A stretch of DNA of 64,000 nt from an uncultured delta proteobacterium (lineage in GTDB: Bacteria > Desulfobacterota > Binatia > Binatales > Binataceae), in the NCBI GenBank assembly GCA_963765675.1, contig CAVXXK010000001.1:64001-128000 (forward strand), in the 5' to 3' direction. The translations under genes and the position numbers were made by a program. Below are positions 10,068 through 19,484 of this stretch, in pieces (position 1 is the stretch's first letter; each line of letters starts with the position of its first letter). A model generated the notes under the pieces. That model had not been told where the DNA came from. It saw nothing but the letters and a program-made list of their open reading frames with translations, and did no database searches.

Positions 10068-11409
10068 CGTCCTGGTCGTCCTGATCATCCTGATCGTCGG
10101 CGCCTAATGCTTCCAGCTCAGCGCTGGCGGCGGAGATCTCGCCGCACAGAAGCTTGCGCGCGACTTCGGCCGCGTATGCGCCCTCGGCGGCGTTTGCGCC
10201 GCTGGTACGCAGGCCCTGCAAAATCCGATGCAGCAGCTTGTTGGTGAGGCCGCGGGTCAGCACCTCGACCCGCTCGCGCTCGGCAGGTTCGAGCGCCGAG
10301 AGCCATCCGCGATGCCGCCCCATTTCGAGGTCGCGCAGACGGTCGATACTGTAGCGGATATCCTTGATCGTCGGCACGAGATCGAGCCCGTTCATCCAGC
10401 GCCAGAACGCTTCGAGTTCGAGTTCGACGATCTCCTCGGCCTTCGCGGCTTCGCGTTCGCGTTCGGCGCGCGATTTGTGCACCACCTGCGCGAGATCGTC
10501 GATATCGTAGAGGTAAACGTTTTCGAGCGAGTTCATCCGCTCGTCGAAGTTGCGCGGCACGCCGAGATCGATCAGGAAGATCGGCTTGTAGCGCCGCTCC
10601 TTTATGATCGTTTCGAATTCATCGAGTGCGATTACCGGACGCGTCACCGCGACCGAACCGATCACGACGTCGGCAATCTTGAGATAGGGCCTGTAGTTGT
10701 CGAACGGGACCGCGGTGCCGCCAAGCTCGCGCGCGAGCGCGACCGCGTGATCGAAAGTGCGCGAGGTGATGATGAGCGATTCGATTCCGATCGCGCGCAA
10801 TTGCCGCGCGGTCAGCTCCGCCATCTTTCCCGCCCCCATCAGCATCACGGTCTTGTCTTTGAGCGAGTCGAAAATCTGTCCGGCCAGCGCCACCGCAGCC
10901 GCGCTCACCGAGACCGAGCCGTGCCCGATGAGAGTTGCCTTGCGAATTCTCTTGGCGACCGTGAAGCCCTTGTGGAATGCGCGATGCAGCACCAGCCCGA
11001 CGGTGCCCGCCTCCGCCGCGTTCGCGTACGCGAGCTTCACCTGGCCCAAAATCTGCGGCTCTCCGACCATCATCGAGTCCAGGCTCGCGCCGACGCGAAA
11101 CAGATGCCGCGCGGCCTCGCGCCCCGTCAGGCGATAGAGCGCGGGGGCGAACGCCTCGAGCGCGACTGCGCGATCAGTCGCGATAAATTCAGCCGCGTCC
11201 GCCAGTGCGCGCTCGCAATCCGCGGCGACGCCGACAATCTCAACCCGATTGCAGGTCGAGAGGATTGCCGCTTCGCTGATCGACGCCACGCGCTCCCTCA
11301 GGCGCACGAGCGCCGGCGCGATATCGCCGTCCGCGTACGCCAGCCGCTCGCGCACCGCGACCGCGGCAGTGCGATGGTTCAGCCCGAGTATGAAGAGATT
11401 CTGCTCCAT
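10057..11409 (-). CDS. hemA: Glutamyl-tRNA reductase
   Basis: GLNHRTA, STCNRVE, SLDSMMVGEPQILGQ and GAGKM. Confidence 0.98.
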   Translation of the reverse strand: MEQNLFILGLNHRTAAVAVRERLAYADGDIAPALVRLRERVASISEAAILSTCNRVEIVGVAADCERALADAAEFIATDRAVALEAFAPALYRLTGREAARHLFRVGASLDSMMVGEPQILGQVKLAYANAAEAGTVGLVLHRAFHKGFTVAKRIRKATLIGHGSVSVSAAAVALAGQIFDSLKDKTVMLMGAGKMAELTARQLRAIGIESLIITSRTFDHAVALARELGGTAVPFDNYRPYLKIADVVIGSVAVTRPVIALDEFETIIKERRYKPIFLIDLGVPRNFDERMNSLENVYLYDIDDLAQVVHKSRAEREREAAKAEEIVELELEAFWRWMNGLDLVPTIKDIRYSIDRLRDLEMGRHRGWLSALEPAERERVEVLTRGLTNKLLHRILQGLRTSGANAAEGAYAAEVARKLLCGEISAASAELEALGADDQDDQDDQDDEF

Positions 11410-11412
11410 CGC

Positions 11413-12240
11413 CTAACCGAAACTGCCTCCGTGCTTGCCCGGATAAATCAGCGACACGCCCACGAACGAACCCACCAGTACCACGAAAACGACGATTGTC
11501 AGCGCAGCGGCGCGCCGCCCGCGCCATCCTACCGTCAGCCGCGATTCGAGCAGGCCGGCGTAGAGGATCCAGATCGCGAGCGACCACGACTCGACCGGCT
11601 CCCATGACCAGAAATGGCCCCAGGTCGCATCCGCCCAAATCGCGCCGGTCACGATCGCGAGGCTCAGCAGCGCGAAACCCCATCCGAGCAGCGAATAGTT
11701 GATCCGGTCAAGCTTCTCGAGGCTCGGCAGCCGCTCTGACGGCGGACCGAGCGGGCGCTTGGCCTTGAGCCGCGATTCATACGCCAGATACACCAAGCTC
11801 ACGCTGGCTGCCAGCACGAACATCGAGTAGCCCAAAATCGCGAGCGTGACGTGGATCGGCAGCCACACGCTTTGCAGGGTCGCGGGCAGCACGATCCTGC
11901 CGCCTTTCATAATGATTGTCGACGCACCCAGGGCGAGCGCCACTGCCGCGGCCGTGTACGCGCCGATCGCGGCCATCTGCAGCCTGACGATCAAAATCAA
12001 TCCGGCCAGAGCAGTCAGCCACGCCAGAAACGACAACGCCTGCGGAAAGTTCGCGACCGGGATATTGCCGGCCTGGAGTCCGCGCGTCGCCAGATCGAAC
12101 GCGTGAAAAACCGCGCCCGCACCAAGCAGCAAGGTGGCCCATCCGGACGCGCGCGAGACTCGCGCGACCCGGCCAACGATAAAAATCGCCGCCGCGAGCG
12201 CGTAACAAACCAGCGCCGGTGCGAGCCACAACGTTTCCAT
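11413..12240 (-). CDS. ccsA: Cytochrome c biogenesis CcsA/HemX-like membrane protein
   Basis: WLPIHV and the tryptophan-rich TGAIWADATWGHFWSWEP motif. Confidence 0.85.
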   Translation of the reverse strand: METLWLAPALVCYALAAAIFIVGRVARVSRASGWATLLLGAGAVFHAFDLATRGLQAGNIPVANFPQALSFLAWLTALAGLILIVRLQMAAIGAYTAAAVALALGASTIIMKGGRIVLPATLQSVWLPIHVTLAILGYSMFVLAASVSLVYLAYESRLKAKRPLGPPSERLPSLEKLDRINYSLLGWGFALLSLAIVTGAIWADATWGHFWSWEPVESWSLAIWILYAGLLESRLTVGWRGRRAAALTIVVFVVLVGSFVGVSLIYPGKHGGSFG

Positions 12241-12266
12241 AATAATCAGACGGCACTCAGCGGCGA

Positions 12267-12980
12267 TCAGCCGCCGCTCGAGGCCTCATGCGGCGCGAAG
12301 CGGAACCACTCGCGCGCGTCCTCGCCCGTGCCCTTCGCGAGCGTATCAAGCCCTACGCCAAGATGTGCCATCAGAATCCGCTCGACAGCCGCGCGATCGC
12401 CGGCGCGCAACTGGCCGGTGAGATCCGACGCCGCCAGCGCCGCGAGCTTTCTTCCGCGCGAAGAAATATCGTCGTCGTTCGCCAACAGAAACTCGCGCGC
12501 GACGCGCAACAGCTTGAGCGCCACTGCGTATTCCCATCCGAACTGATCCTCGAGCTCGCGCCGGATTCGCGCCGCCGTGGCGGGACTCGCGCCCGAGGTC
12601 GACACTGCTATTTGCAAATCGCCGCGCCGCACGACCGCGGGCGCGATAAAGTCGCACAGCTCGGGCTCGTCCGCGACGTTGAGCATGACGCCAAGCTCGC
12701 GCGCTTCAGCCGAGATCTCGCGATGCACTCCCGGATCATCAGTAGCGGCGAATGCGAGGTCGAATCCGCGCAGGTCGCCGCGCTTCCATTTGCGCGCGTG
12801 ATAAGTGATCGCCGCCGATTCGGCCAGGATCGCCAACTCCCGCACCAGCCGCGGGCTGATGACGGTGACCTGCGCTCCCGCCGCGAGCAGTTGCGTGACC
12901 TTGCGCGCGGCAATATCGCCGCCGCCGACCACCACGCATCGGCGCCGTTCCATCGCGAGAAATATCGGCAGATAGCCCAT
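12267..12980 (-). CDS. sirC: Precorrin-2 dehydrogenase/sirohydrochlorin ferrochelatase (CysG N-terminal/SirC)
   Basis: YLPIFL, VVGGGDIAARK, NVADEPELCDF and STSGASP. Confidence 0.9.
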   Translation of the reverse strand: MGYLPIFLAMERRRCVVVGGGDIAARKVTQLLAAGAQVTVISPRLVRELAILAESAAITYHARKWKRGDLRGFDLAFAATDDPGVHREISAEARELGVMLNVADEPELCDFIAPAVVRRGDLQIAVSTSGASPATAARIRRELEDQFGWEYAVALKLLRVAREFLLANDDDISSRGRKLAALAASDLTGQLRAGDRAAVERILMAHLGVGLDTLAKGTGEDAREWFRFAPHEASSGG

Positions 12981-13091
12981 CGAATCAGGCTGATTCTAGT
13001 ACAGGCGGTAAATCCTAGACAGTCCCGCCGCAATGCCCGTATTGACGACCCTGCCGCGCGCGCCGACAATCTGGCGGGTTACACAGCCATC

Positions 13092-13472
13092 ATGGAGCAT
13101 CCGCTGCGCGCGATTAATCGCACTCGGAGCACCGTCGTGTGCGAATTCCTGGAGGACGCGGGCGGCCTGAGCGGACAGAGCCGCGGGCTGCTCGGGCGCG
13201 AGCGCCTCGATCCGGGCCACGGGTTGCTGTTCAACAATGGCCGCTTCACGCCGTTCATGTGGATGCACATGTTCTTCATGAAGTTCGCGATCGACATCGT
13301 ATTTCTCGGCCGCGGCGGACGGGTGCTCAAGATCAGCCACGTGCTTAAGCCGTGGCGAGTATCCGCGATGGTCTTTGGCGCGCGCCAGGCGCTCGAAATC
13401 GAAGCGGGCGCCGCGGCCGCGAGCGGCACGCAGATCGGCGACATCGTCGAGCTCGAGCCGCGCACCGCCTGA
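13092..13472 (+). CDS. DUF192 family protein
   Basis: RGLLGR, HMFFMKFAIDIVFL, LKPWR and LEIEAG. Confidence 0.85.
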   Translation: MEHPLRAINRTRSTVVCEFLEDAGGLSGQSRGLLGRERLDPGHGLLFNNGRFTPFMWMHMFFMKFAIDIVFLGRGGRVLKISHVLKPWRVSAMVFGARQALEIEAGAAAASGTQIGDIVELEPRTA

Positions 13473-13528
13473 GCCTCTCGCGATTCACTTTGGATCAACC
13501 CTGCGGGAATCCGCTATGCTCGCGCGTC

Positions 13529-14452
13529 ATGGGGATCGCGGACACTACTGACAGCGAGCCGTGGCATTTTGAGAAGCTCGTCCTCGCCTCCGGACTGAAC
13601 ATGCGGATCGCGCGTGCGGGCGCCGTCGGAGCGCCGATGGTTGTGATGCTGCACGGATTTCCGGAGTGCTGGTACTCGTGGCGGCATCAGCTACGCGCAC
13701 TGTCGAGCTCGTTCGATTGCGTGGTTCCGGAGATGCGCGGCTATGGCGAGACCGACGCGCCGCACGGAGTTGCGAATTACACCCTCGACAAGCTGGTTGG
13801 CGACGTTGCCGATCTGGTGCACGCGCTCGGGCGCGAGCGTGCCGTGATCGTCGGACACGATTGGGGCGGAGGCGTCGCGTGGGCGACCGCGCTCAAGCGG
13901 CCCGAGGTCGTCGAGCGGCTAATCGTGCTGAACTGCCCGCATCTGAAGCGGATGTCCGAGGAGCTCCGGCACAACCCGCGCCAGATGATGCGGAGCTGGT
14001 ACATGGCGTTCTTCCAGCTTCCGTGGCTGCCGGAGGCGATGTTCCGTGCAGGGAATTTTCGCGCACTCGACCGCGCGCTTAAGGGCAACTCGATCCGCAA
14101 GGACGCGATCACCGACAACGACCTGCGCTACTTCCACGAAGCGTTTCGCAATCCTTACTCGATGACCGCCGCGATCAATTACTATCGCGCCAACTTCCGC
14201 TCCGGGTTCATGGCGCGGACCGGAAGCGACGACTGGATCGATCGCAAGATCGCGGCGCCGACGATGCTCATCTGGGGCGAGCAGGATTTCGCGCTCGGCA
14301 AGGAGCTCACCTACAACATGGAGCCGCTGTTCACCGGACCCTTCGAGATCGACTATATCCCGAGCGCGGGCCACTGGGTGCAGCAGGAAGAGCCCGAGCT
14401 GGTGAGCGCCTACATGCGCGAGTTTCTCAAACCGCTGCTCGCGTCCAGGTAA
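13529..14452 (+). CDS. Alpha/beta hydrolase, epoxide hydrolase-like
   Basis: HGFPE, GHDWGG, NYYRA and GHWVQQE. Confidence 0.9.
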   Translation: MGIADTTDSEPWHFEKLVLASGLNMRIARAGAVGAPMVVMLHGFPECWYSWRHQLRALSSSFDCVVPEMRGYGETDAPHGVANYTLDKLVGDVADLVHALGRERAVIVGHDWGGGVAWATALKRPEVVERLIVLNCPHLKRMSEELRHNPRQMMRSWYMAFFQLPWLPEAMFRAGNFRALDRALKGNSIRKDAITDNDLRYFHEAFRNPYSMTAAINYYRANFRSGFMARTGSDDWIDRKIAAPTMLIWGEQDFALGKELTYNMEPLFTGPFEIDYIPSAGHWVQQEEPELVSAYMREFLKPLLASR

Positions 14453-14475
14453 ATGCTCTCTGTGAGGTACTGACG

Positions 14476-14856
14476 ATGGAAAAGGTGATGGCGAAGTTCG
14501 ACCACATGGGTCTGCCGGTCACGAATCTGCGGCGCTCGCGCGACTGGTACGTCAAGAATCTGGGCTTCACGGTCGAGTTCGGACACGCCGATGTGATCGC
14601 GATTCAGGATAGCGCCGGCTTCACGATCTTCCTGACCAAGGCGGCCAAGCGGCTTACGGGCGCCAAGTGCACGCTGACGATTCAGGTCAAAGACGTGGAC
14701 CAGAAATCGCGCGAGCTCGAGCGCAGAGGCGTTAAATTCGTCAATACTCCGCGCCGATTGTTCTGGGGCTACGGCGCGGAGCTCCTCGATCCCGACGGCT
14801 ACATGATCAACCTGTGGGATCGCGTCTCGATGCGCCGCGCGTCACGAATGCCTTAG
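14476..14856 (+). CDS. VOC/glyoxalase family protein
   Basis: DHMGLPV..L.RS..WY...LGF and FWG....LDPDG. Confidence 0.85.
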   Translation: MEKVMAKFDHMGLPVTNLRRSRDWYVKNLGFTVEFGHADVIAIQDSAGFTIFLTKAAKRLTGAKCTLTIQVKDVDQKSRELERRGVKFVNTPRRLFWGYGAELLDPDGYMINLWDRVSMRRASRMP

Positions 14857-14862
14857 CACGCG

Positions 14863-16464
14863 TCAGATCTTCGGCGCGGCTCCCGAGCGCTGCATCTCCT
14901 GATCGAAGCCTGGCGTGATTGCCTGCACGAACGCGTTGCGCACCAGCTCTACGATTGCTTCCCAGGTGCTGACGTCGGGCTGATCGACTTTTCCGGACAG
15001 CTGCACTTCGGTGGCGACGTTGCCGGTCGAGCGATTCTTGAATAGGTGAGCCGCCCCACCAATTAACAATTTGTATGCCTGGGTCGTAAGCGGCTTTCGT
15101 TTATCCTGTTCCCAACTGTAAACCTGCAGGTTGCTGAACAGCGGCTTCACGTAGCCGTGAATCTCGCCCTCGCGCACACCCATCTGCGTATACAGCGAGA
15201 GCGTTCCCGAGGCGACGTCGATTTTTTCATACGCGCGCAGCACGTCGTTGAGCGATACCAGGTTCACATTTTCCGCGCGCGCGTCGATATCGAAATCAGG
15301 CCCGCTCTTTACCGAACGGAAATCTCCGGAAATCGTGGTCGCGCCGGTCCCCATGAGTTTTCCGGTGAGATCGAAGTGCGTAGGCTGCGGCTCGCTGCGA
15401 TTCGAGATCGAGGTCGCCTTCACATTCAGGCTGGTGACGAAAATCTTGTAATTGGGATCCTTGGTCTGGTCGATGTAGGCGAGCGAGCTTCGTCCGATAT
15501 CAAATTCGTCAACCGCGAGCTCCATGGTCTGCGACTTGGCGACTTTTTTCGCACTTTGCTTGACCTCGTCGATTCGGCGCTGCTCGCCGGCTTCAGTTTT
15601 CGGCGAGTGCGTGTAGTCGATATCGACTCCGTCGAGAAAGGCGTATTTCACGCGGGCGCGCTGGACCTTGGGTCCGTACTCGAACTTGCCGTCGCTGGCG
15701 AGAGTTCCGCCGCGAATCGAAAAATTGGCGCGCTTGATCTCCGGCTCGAACTCCGCGAGCGGAACCTGGCGCATCGAGTAGTTTGCTTTGACTGACGCGA
15801 ACGGCTTCTCGAGAAAATTCGCGTGGCCGTCAAGCCGCATCCTGCCGGTTCCGAACGCAACCATCGTCGCATGGATCGGCGACGGGTAGGCGTCCGACGC
15901 CGCGTGGACGTTGCGGATATTGTCGGCATTAAGCTCGAGCTCCGTCACATGCAGCGCGTGATGCGGATCGGTATCGACGTAGACTAAATCGCCATCAACG
16001 ATACTCATACGATTGATCTTGAATGGATATACCGCTTGCAGCGCGTCCTGCCATCCGACCTTTGATAGCGAAACTTTGGCCGACGCCTGCTCTTGGAGCT
16101 GCGGCAAATCGATATGTACCTTCGGCCGCGTGAGCGTCACGTCGGCCACCACGTGCAGCGAAACCAGTTCGCTCCACTGGATATGCACGTAGAGAATCGG
16201 AAGATCGGCGACCGCGGGATGCGGATGCGCGTCCTGGCGCACAATCAGATTGGACAAGGTGAGCGCTCCGCCGAGCAATTGCAGATGCGCGTGGCCGAGG
16301 GTCGTGTGGTAGCCGGTCAGCTTCGCATTCATCGCGCTTTCCATCCGTCCGCGCAGAAATGGATCGATCAGGTACGACGCCGCAAAAATCGCGACCACCA
16401 GGACGACGACAGCGACGATCCAGCGCGCGGCGCGCGTTGGAGGTGATTGCGGTGACGAACTCAT
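14863..16464 (-). CDS. DUF748/AsmA-like protein
   Basis: N-terminal TM helix, beta-rich repeats, GYVKPLF and LVRNAFVQAITPG C-terminus. Confidence 0.75.
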   Translation of the reverse strand: MSSSPQSPPTRAARWIVAVVVLVVAIFAASYLIDPFLRGRMESAMNAKLTGYHTTLGHAHLQLLGGALTLSNLIVRQDAHPHPAVADLPILYVHIQWSELVSLHVVADVTLTRPKVHIDLPQLQEQASAKVSLSKVGWQDALQAVYPFKINRMSIVDGDLVYVDTDPHHALHVTELELNADNIRNVHAASDAYPSPIHATMVAFGTGRMRLDGHANFLEKPFASVKANYSMRQVPLAEFEPEIKRANFSIRGGTLASDGKFEYGPKVQRARVKYAFLDGVDIDYTHSPKTEAGEQRRIDEVKQSAKKVAKSQTMELAVDEFDIGRSSLAYIDQTKDPNYKIFVTSLNVKATSISNRSEPQPTHFDLTGKLMGTGATTISGDFRSVKSGPDFDIDARAENVNLVSLNDVLRAYEKIDVASGTLSLYTQMGVREGEIHGYVKPLFSNLQVYSWEQDKRKPLTTQAYKLLIGGAAHLFKNRSTGNVATEVQLSGKVDQPDVSTWEAIVELVRNAFVQAITPGFDQEMQRSGAAPKI

Positions 16465-16629
16465 CGTGATGCTGTCGCCGTCATTGCATCGCTCTGCTTA
16501 TTTCTTTTCGGGCCGGGCCGAGCCCGGAAATTTCTGCCGGTTTCCATATTCCTGATAGCCGCGCATCTGCGATTTGATAGGTTCGATCGCAACTCGCGGC
16601 TGATTACTCGCGGATGGCGCTTTGGTATC

Positions 16630-17538
16630 GTGCAGGGCGTGCAAAAACCGAACCATCGCTATTACCGCTCGTTTCCCGGCATTTTCTGCCCTCGCACGAA
16701 CCGCCTCGCGGTATTCGCGCTGCTGATTGCGTCCTCGGCGCTGATGCTTTCGCTCGCGGCCGCGCCGTCCGCGTCCGCCGACGACAGCGTGCCCTCGCAG
16801 ACGCTGCGCAATGTCGCCGGAATCGTGGCGCATCGCAATGGCCATTCGGTTCCGATCGGCACAGCATTTTTCGTCTCGGTACCGAGCAGAGTATTCGAGG
16901 GTCGCTCGTTTGTTTACGTCGTGACCGCGCATCACAACCTGCTCGATTCCGCCGGCCAGCCCGCCGCCGGACTGTTCCTCACGCTCGAGGATTCTGGCAC
17001 CGGCGCGATGCGCGAAGAGGCGCTGCCGCCGGAATCACGATGGGTCCTTGATCCGGTGACGCAGAATTCCGACGTCGCGGCGACTCCGCTGAATCCCGCG
17101 GGCGCCCGAATCGCGCCGATCTCGCTCGATTCGATCATGGTATCGAGCGCCGAGATGAACGCTCTCGCCGACACCGGCGCGCAGGCCTACTACCTGACTG
17201 CCGCGAGCGCCGGGATCGCGCATCCGCGGTTCGAAGCGCTGGCGAGGTTCGGGCGCGTGTCGGTCTCGCGTCCCGTCGACGCCGAGGTTCCGGGCGCCGG
17301 AACGCAGCAGCTATGCTTCATGGACGGCGGCATCACGCCCGGCTTTTCGAGCGGCGCGCCGGTGTTCGTGCAGGCTGGCCTGCGCTTCGTGCTGTGGGGA
17401 ATCCTGGAATCGTCCAACTCAGCCAGCGATTCGCCGGTGTTCGAGGGACTCTCCGGAGTGCTGCCGGCGAGTTACGTCGCGGAGACGGTGATGGCGATGG
17501 CGGAGGCGCAGGAGAAAGGCCTGCAGAAGAAGAAGTAG
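16630..17538 (+). CDS. Secreted trypsin-like peptidase domain protein
   Basis: Signal-like stretch, GTAFFV, VTAHH, DVA and GFSSGAPVF; start uncertain. Confidence 0.55.
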   Translation: MQGVQKPNHRYYRSFPGIFCPRTNRLAVFALLIASSALMLSLAAAPSASADDSVPSQTLRNVAGIVAHRNGHSVPIGTAFFVSVPSRVFEGRSFVYVVTAHHNLLDSAGQPAAGLFLTLEDSGTGAMREEALPPESRWVLDPVTQNSDVAATPLNPAGARIAPISLDSIMVSSAEMNALADTGAQAYYLTAASAGIAHPRFEALARFGRVSVSRPVDAEVPGAGTQQLCFMDGGITPGFSSGAPVFVQAGLRFVLWGILESSNSASDSPVFEGLSGVLPASYVAETVMAMAEAQEKGLQKKK

Positions 17539-17620
17539 AGCCGCGCGCGGTTTTATCGCGCCACGGGGCGCGCCACTTGATTTGGTTCGCCAAGCTGGAT
17601 AGCAAAGAAGGTTCCGGTTG

Positions 17621-18916
17621 TTATCTGAGTGCTCCCCGGTAGCTCAGTCGGTAGAGCAGACGGCTGTTAACCGTCGGGTCGCTGGTTCGAATCCGGCCCG
17701 GGGAGCCAATCCTAAGTGATTGATATTCCAAGCTTTTGTTATCGCTCTGGGACAAAGCAGTAGATCCGTTAGCAGGCGACTGTGTGGACTTTTGTGGGGA
17801 CCCGCTCCTTGGACCGGAATGATCCACCGTTACGTCCGGTTCAAGCGTTGCGATCGCATCGCGGCGCGCCTGCACGCGAATGTGCGCATACCGACCGAGC
17901 ATTCGCGGACTGACGTGCCCAGCCAGTTGACGAATCGTTTCCTCCGAGACGGTCGGATTCTCCGCGAGCCGGGTAACGAACGTATGGCGGGCGTCGTAAA
18001 AACGGATGTTGACGCCCGCCTTCGCGCGAGCGGTATCGAACGCCGTCCGATAGCTCGAATAACTCATGGGCCGGTCGGCATTAACGCCATAGATGTGCGG
18101 GATGCGGTCGTTTCCTGCGATTGCGACATGATGGAACGGGAACACAAACGATTCTGGATTGGCGTCCGGAAAATGCGACAGCCAGAGCGTCAGCGCGGCG
18201 CAGGCTCGTTGGGTCAGTGGGATCATGCGACCGGTTCCCGCCTCCGTCTTCGAGCGTCCAACTACGATTTCACCCTTGGCGATCACGGCATCGCGCCATT
18301 CAAGCAGAAGACTCGAGCGGCGCAGCGCGCGAGTCTCGGACGGCCGCAGGCCGGCGTCGATCGAAAGAACGAAGAAGGGATATAGCGAAGCCGAGCGGCT
18401 TTGCCTGATCGCATCAAGCAGCCGCTGCTCATCTTCTCGGCTAAGTGCCTGGCCCACATCCGATCGCTGACGTAACATCCTGACGCGACCAGAGATGTGG
18501 GACCAAATACCGAAGTGGCGAAGTATCGCGCGAAGCGTGCCGACTTCGGCATTGATCTGGCGCCCGGAAAGCCCCTCAGCTTGGCGTTTGCGCTGAAGGT
18601 CCGCAACATCATCAGCCGAAAAGTCGGTAACCAGCCGGCTCCCAAACTGGCGTGAAAGCTTCGCGATGTATTGCCGGTAATAACGTTCCCCCAGAGGTGA
18701 GAGGCCGGTCTTGGATTGAAACCATTGGCGCGCTGCCGCCGAGAAGAGCGGTCTTTCCCGTTTCGTCAGACCGTTAACGCCGAGTTCGAGATCGCGTCGG
18801 CGGGCAAGCTCCGCCTGACGGGCAATTGTCTTCGAGTCGGTGCGTGTGCTCTCTCGAATTCGAGCGCCGTCGAATTCAAACTCGAACCACCAAATATTTC
18901 CTCGCTTGTAGAGCAT
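17621..18916 (-). CDS. int: Tyrosine integrase; C-terminal tail overlaps tRNA-Asn antisense
   Basis: MLYKRGNIWW arm-binding-type start; GLRPSE, YDARHT, LAGH and RYAH catalytic residues; first in-frame stop at 17621-17623. Confidence 0.92.
   Translation of the reverse strand: MLYKRGNIWWFEFEFDGARIRESTRTDSKTIARQAELARRRDLELGVNGLTKRERPLFSAAARQWFQSKTGLSPLGERYYRQYIAKLSRQFGSRLVTDFSADDVADLQRKRQAEGLSGRQINAEVGTLRAILRHFGIWSHISGRVRMLRQRSDVGQALSREDEQRLLDAIRQSRSASLYPFFVLSIDAGLRPSETRALRRSSLLLEWRDAVIAKGEIVVGRSKTEAGTGRMIPLTQRACAALTLWLSHFPDANPESFVFPFHHVAIAGNDRIPHIYGVNADRPMSYSSYRTAFDTARAKAGVNIRFYDARHTFVTRLAENPTVSEETIRQLAGHVSPRMLGRYAHIRVQARRDAIATLEPDVTVDHSGPRSGSPQKSTQSPANGSTALSQSDNKSLEYQSLRIGSPGRIRTSDPTVNSRLLYRLSYRGALR
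17633..17708 (+). tRNA. tRNA-Asn(GTT)
   Basis: 76-nt cloverleaf: TCCCCGG/CCGGGGA acceptor stem, GACGG-CTGTTAA-CCGTC anticodon arm, GGTTCGAATCC T-arm and CCA. Confidence 0.97.
17713..17725 (-). promoter_or_regulatory. IHF-binding consensus beside att
   Basis: TATCAATCACTTA matches WATCAANNNNTTR exactly, 4 bp after the tRNA CCA. Confidence 0.6.
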
Positions 18917-19023
18917 GGCGTCACCTGTTTTTCGCGATCCGGGTGGATCGCTCCGCCCTGAGGTCACGGGATTTTAGGATGAAGGAAATGATTCTCGGAG
19001 AGCATCGGGTTAAAGCATTTCGG

Positions 19024-19257
19024 TTAATGCACGCTGCTTGCCTCAGCGACGTAACGGCGGACTTCGGGATCTAGCACGACGACTCGACGGCCAAAATGGG
19101 CGGCTCGCAGGTGGCCGCGCTTGATCTCAAGACGCAGGAAGGGAACCGAGACGCTCAGGCTCTGAGCCAGATCGTTGAGGGTCCACCCCAGTTTCGGAGC
19201 AACGTGCCGGGCGGCGTCGGAATTGGATGGGATTGGAGAATTGGTATGAACAAACAT
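19024..19257 (-). CDS. xis: Excisionase-like HTH protein
   Basis: WTLNDLAQSLSVSVPFLRLEIKRGHLRAAHFGRRVVV winged-HTH pattern, directly upstream of int. Confidence 0.75.
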   Translation of the reverse strand: MFVHTNSPIPSNSDAARHVAPKLGWTLNDLAQSLSVSVPFLRLEIKRGHLRAAHFGRRVVVLDPEVRRYVAEASSVH

Positions 19258-19318
19258 GATGACAAAAAACCTCGGAGATTGCTTTCACCGGACGGAAAGA
19301 GCGTTTCAGTGGAGTTAC

Positions 19319-19351
19319 TAGCTACATAGCTATATCCACGCATTATGTCAA
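19319..19351 (-). promoter_or_regulatory. Putative xis-int promoter with palindromic operator
   Basis: Minus strand TTGACA-N17-TATGTA; the -10 position lies inside TAGCTATGTAGCTA. Confidence 0.65.
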
Positions 19352-19484
19352 GCCCCGCTGCACCAGGTCGCGCGTGCGAACCGCGATGGCAGGGAACGGC
19401 ACGCGACTGTCCGCGCCCGCGTCCCGAAGGGAAGGGCGCTCCGATACCTGCTTGGGTGCGCAGCATTTTGAAAGCGCCGCCCTC

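Noticed and set aside
10060-10100. 9-bp repeat encoding DDQDDQDDQDD at the hemA end
   Set aside because: Short acidic tail; no evidence of a further role
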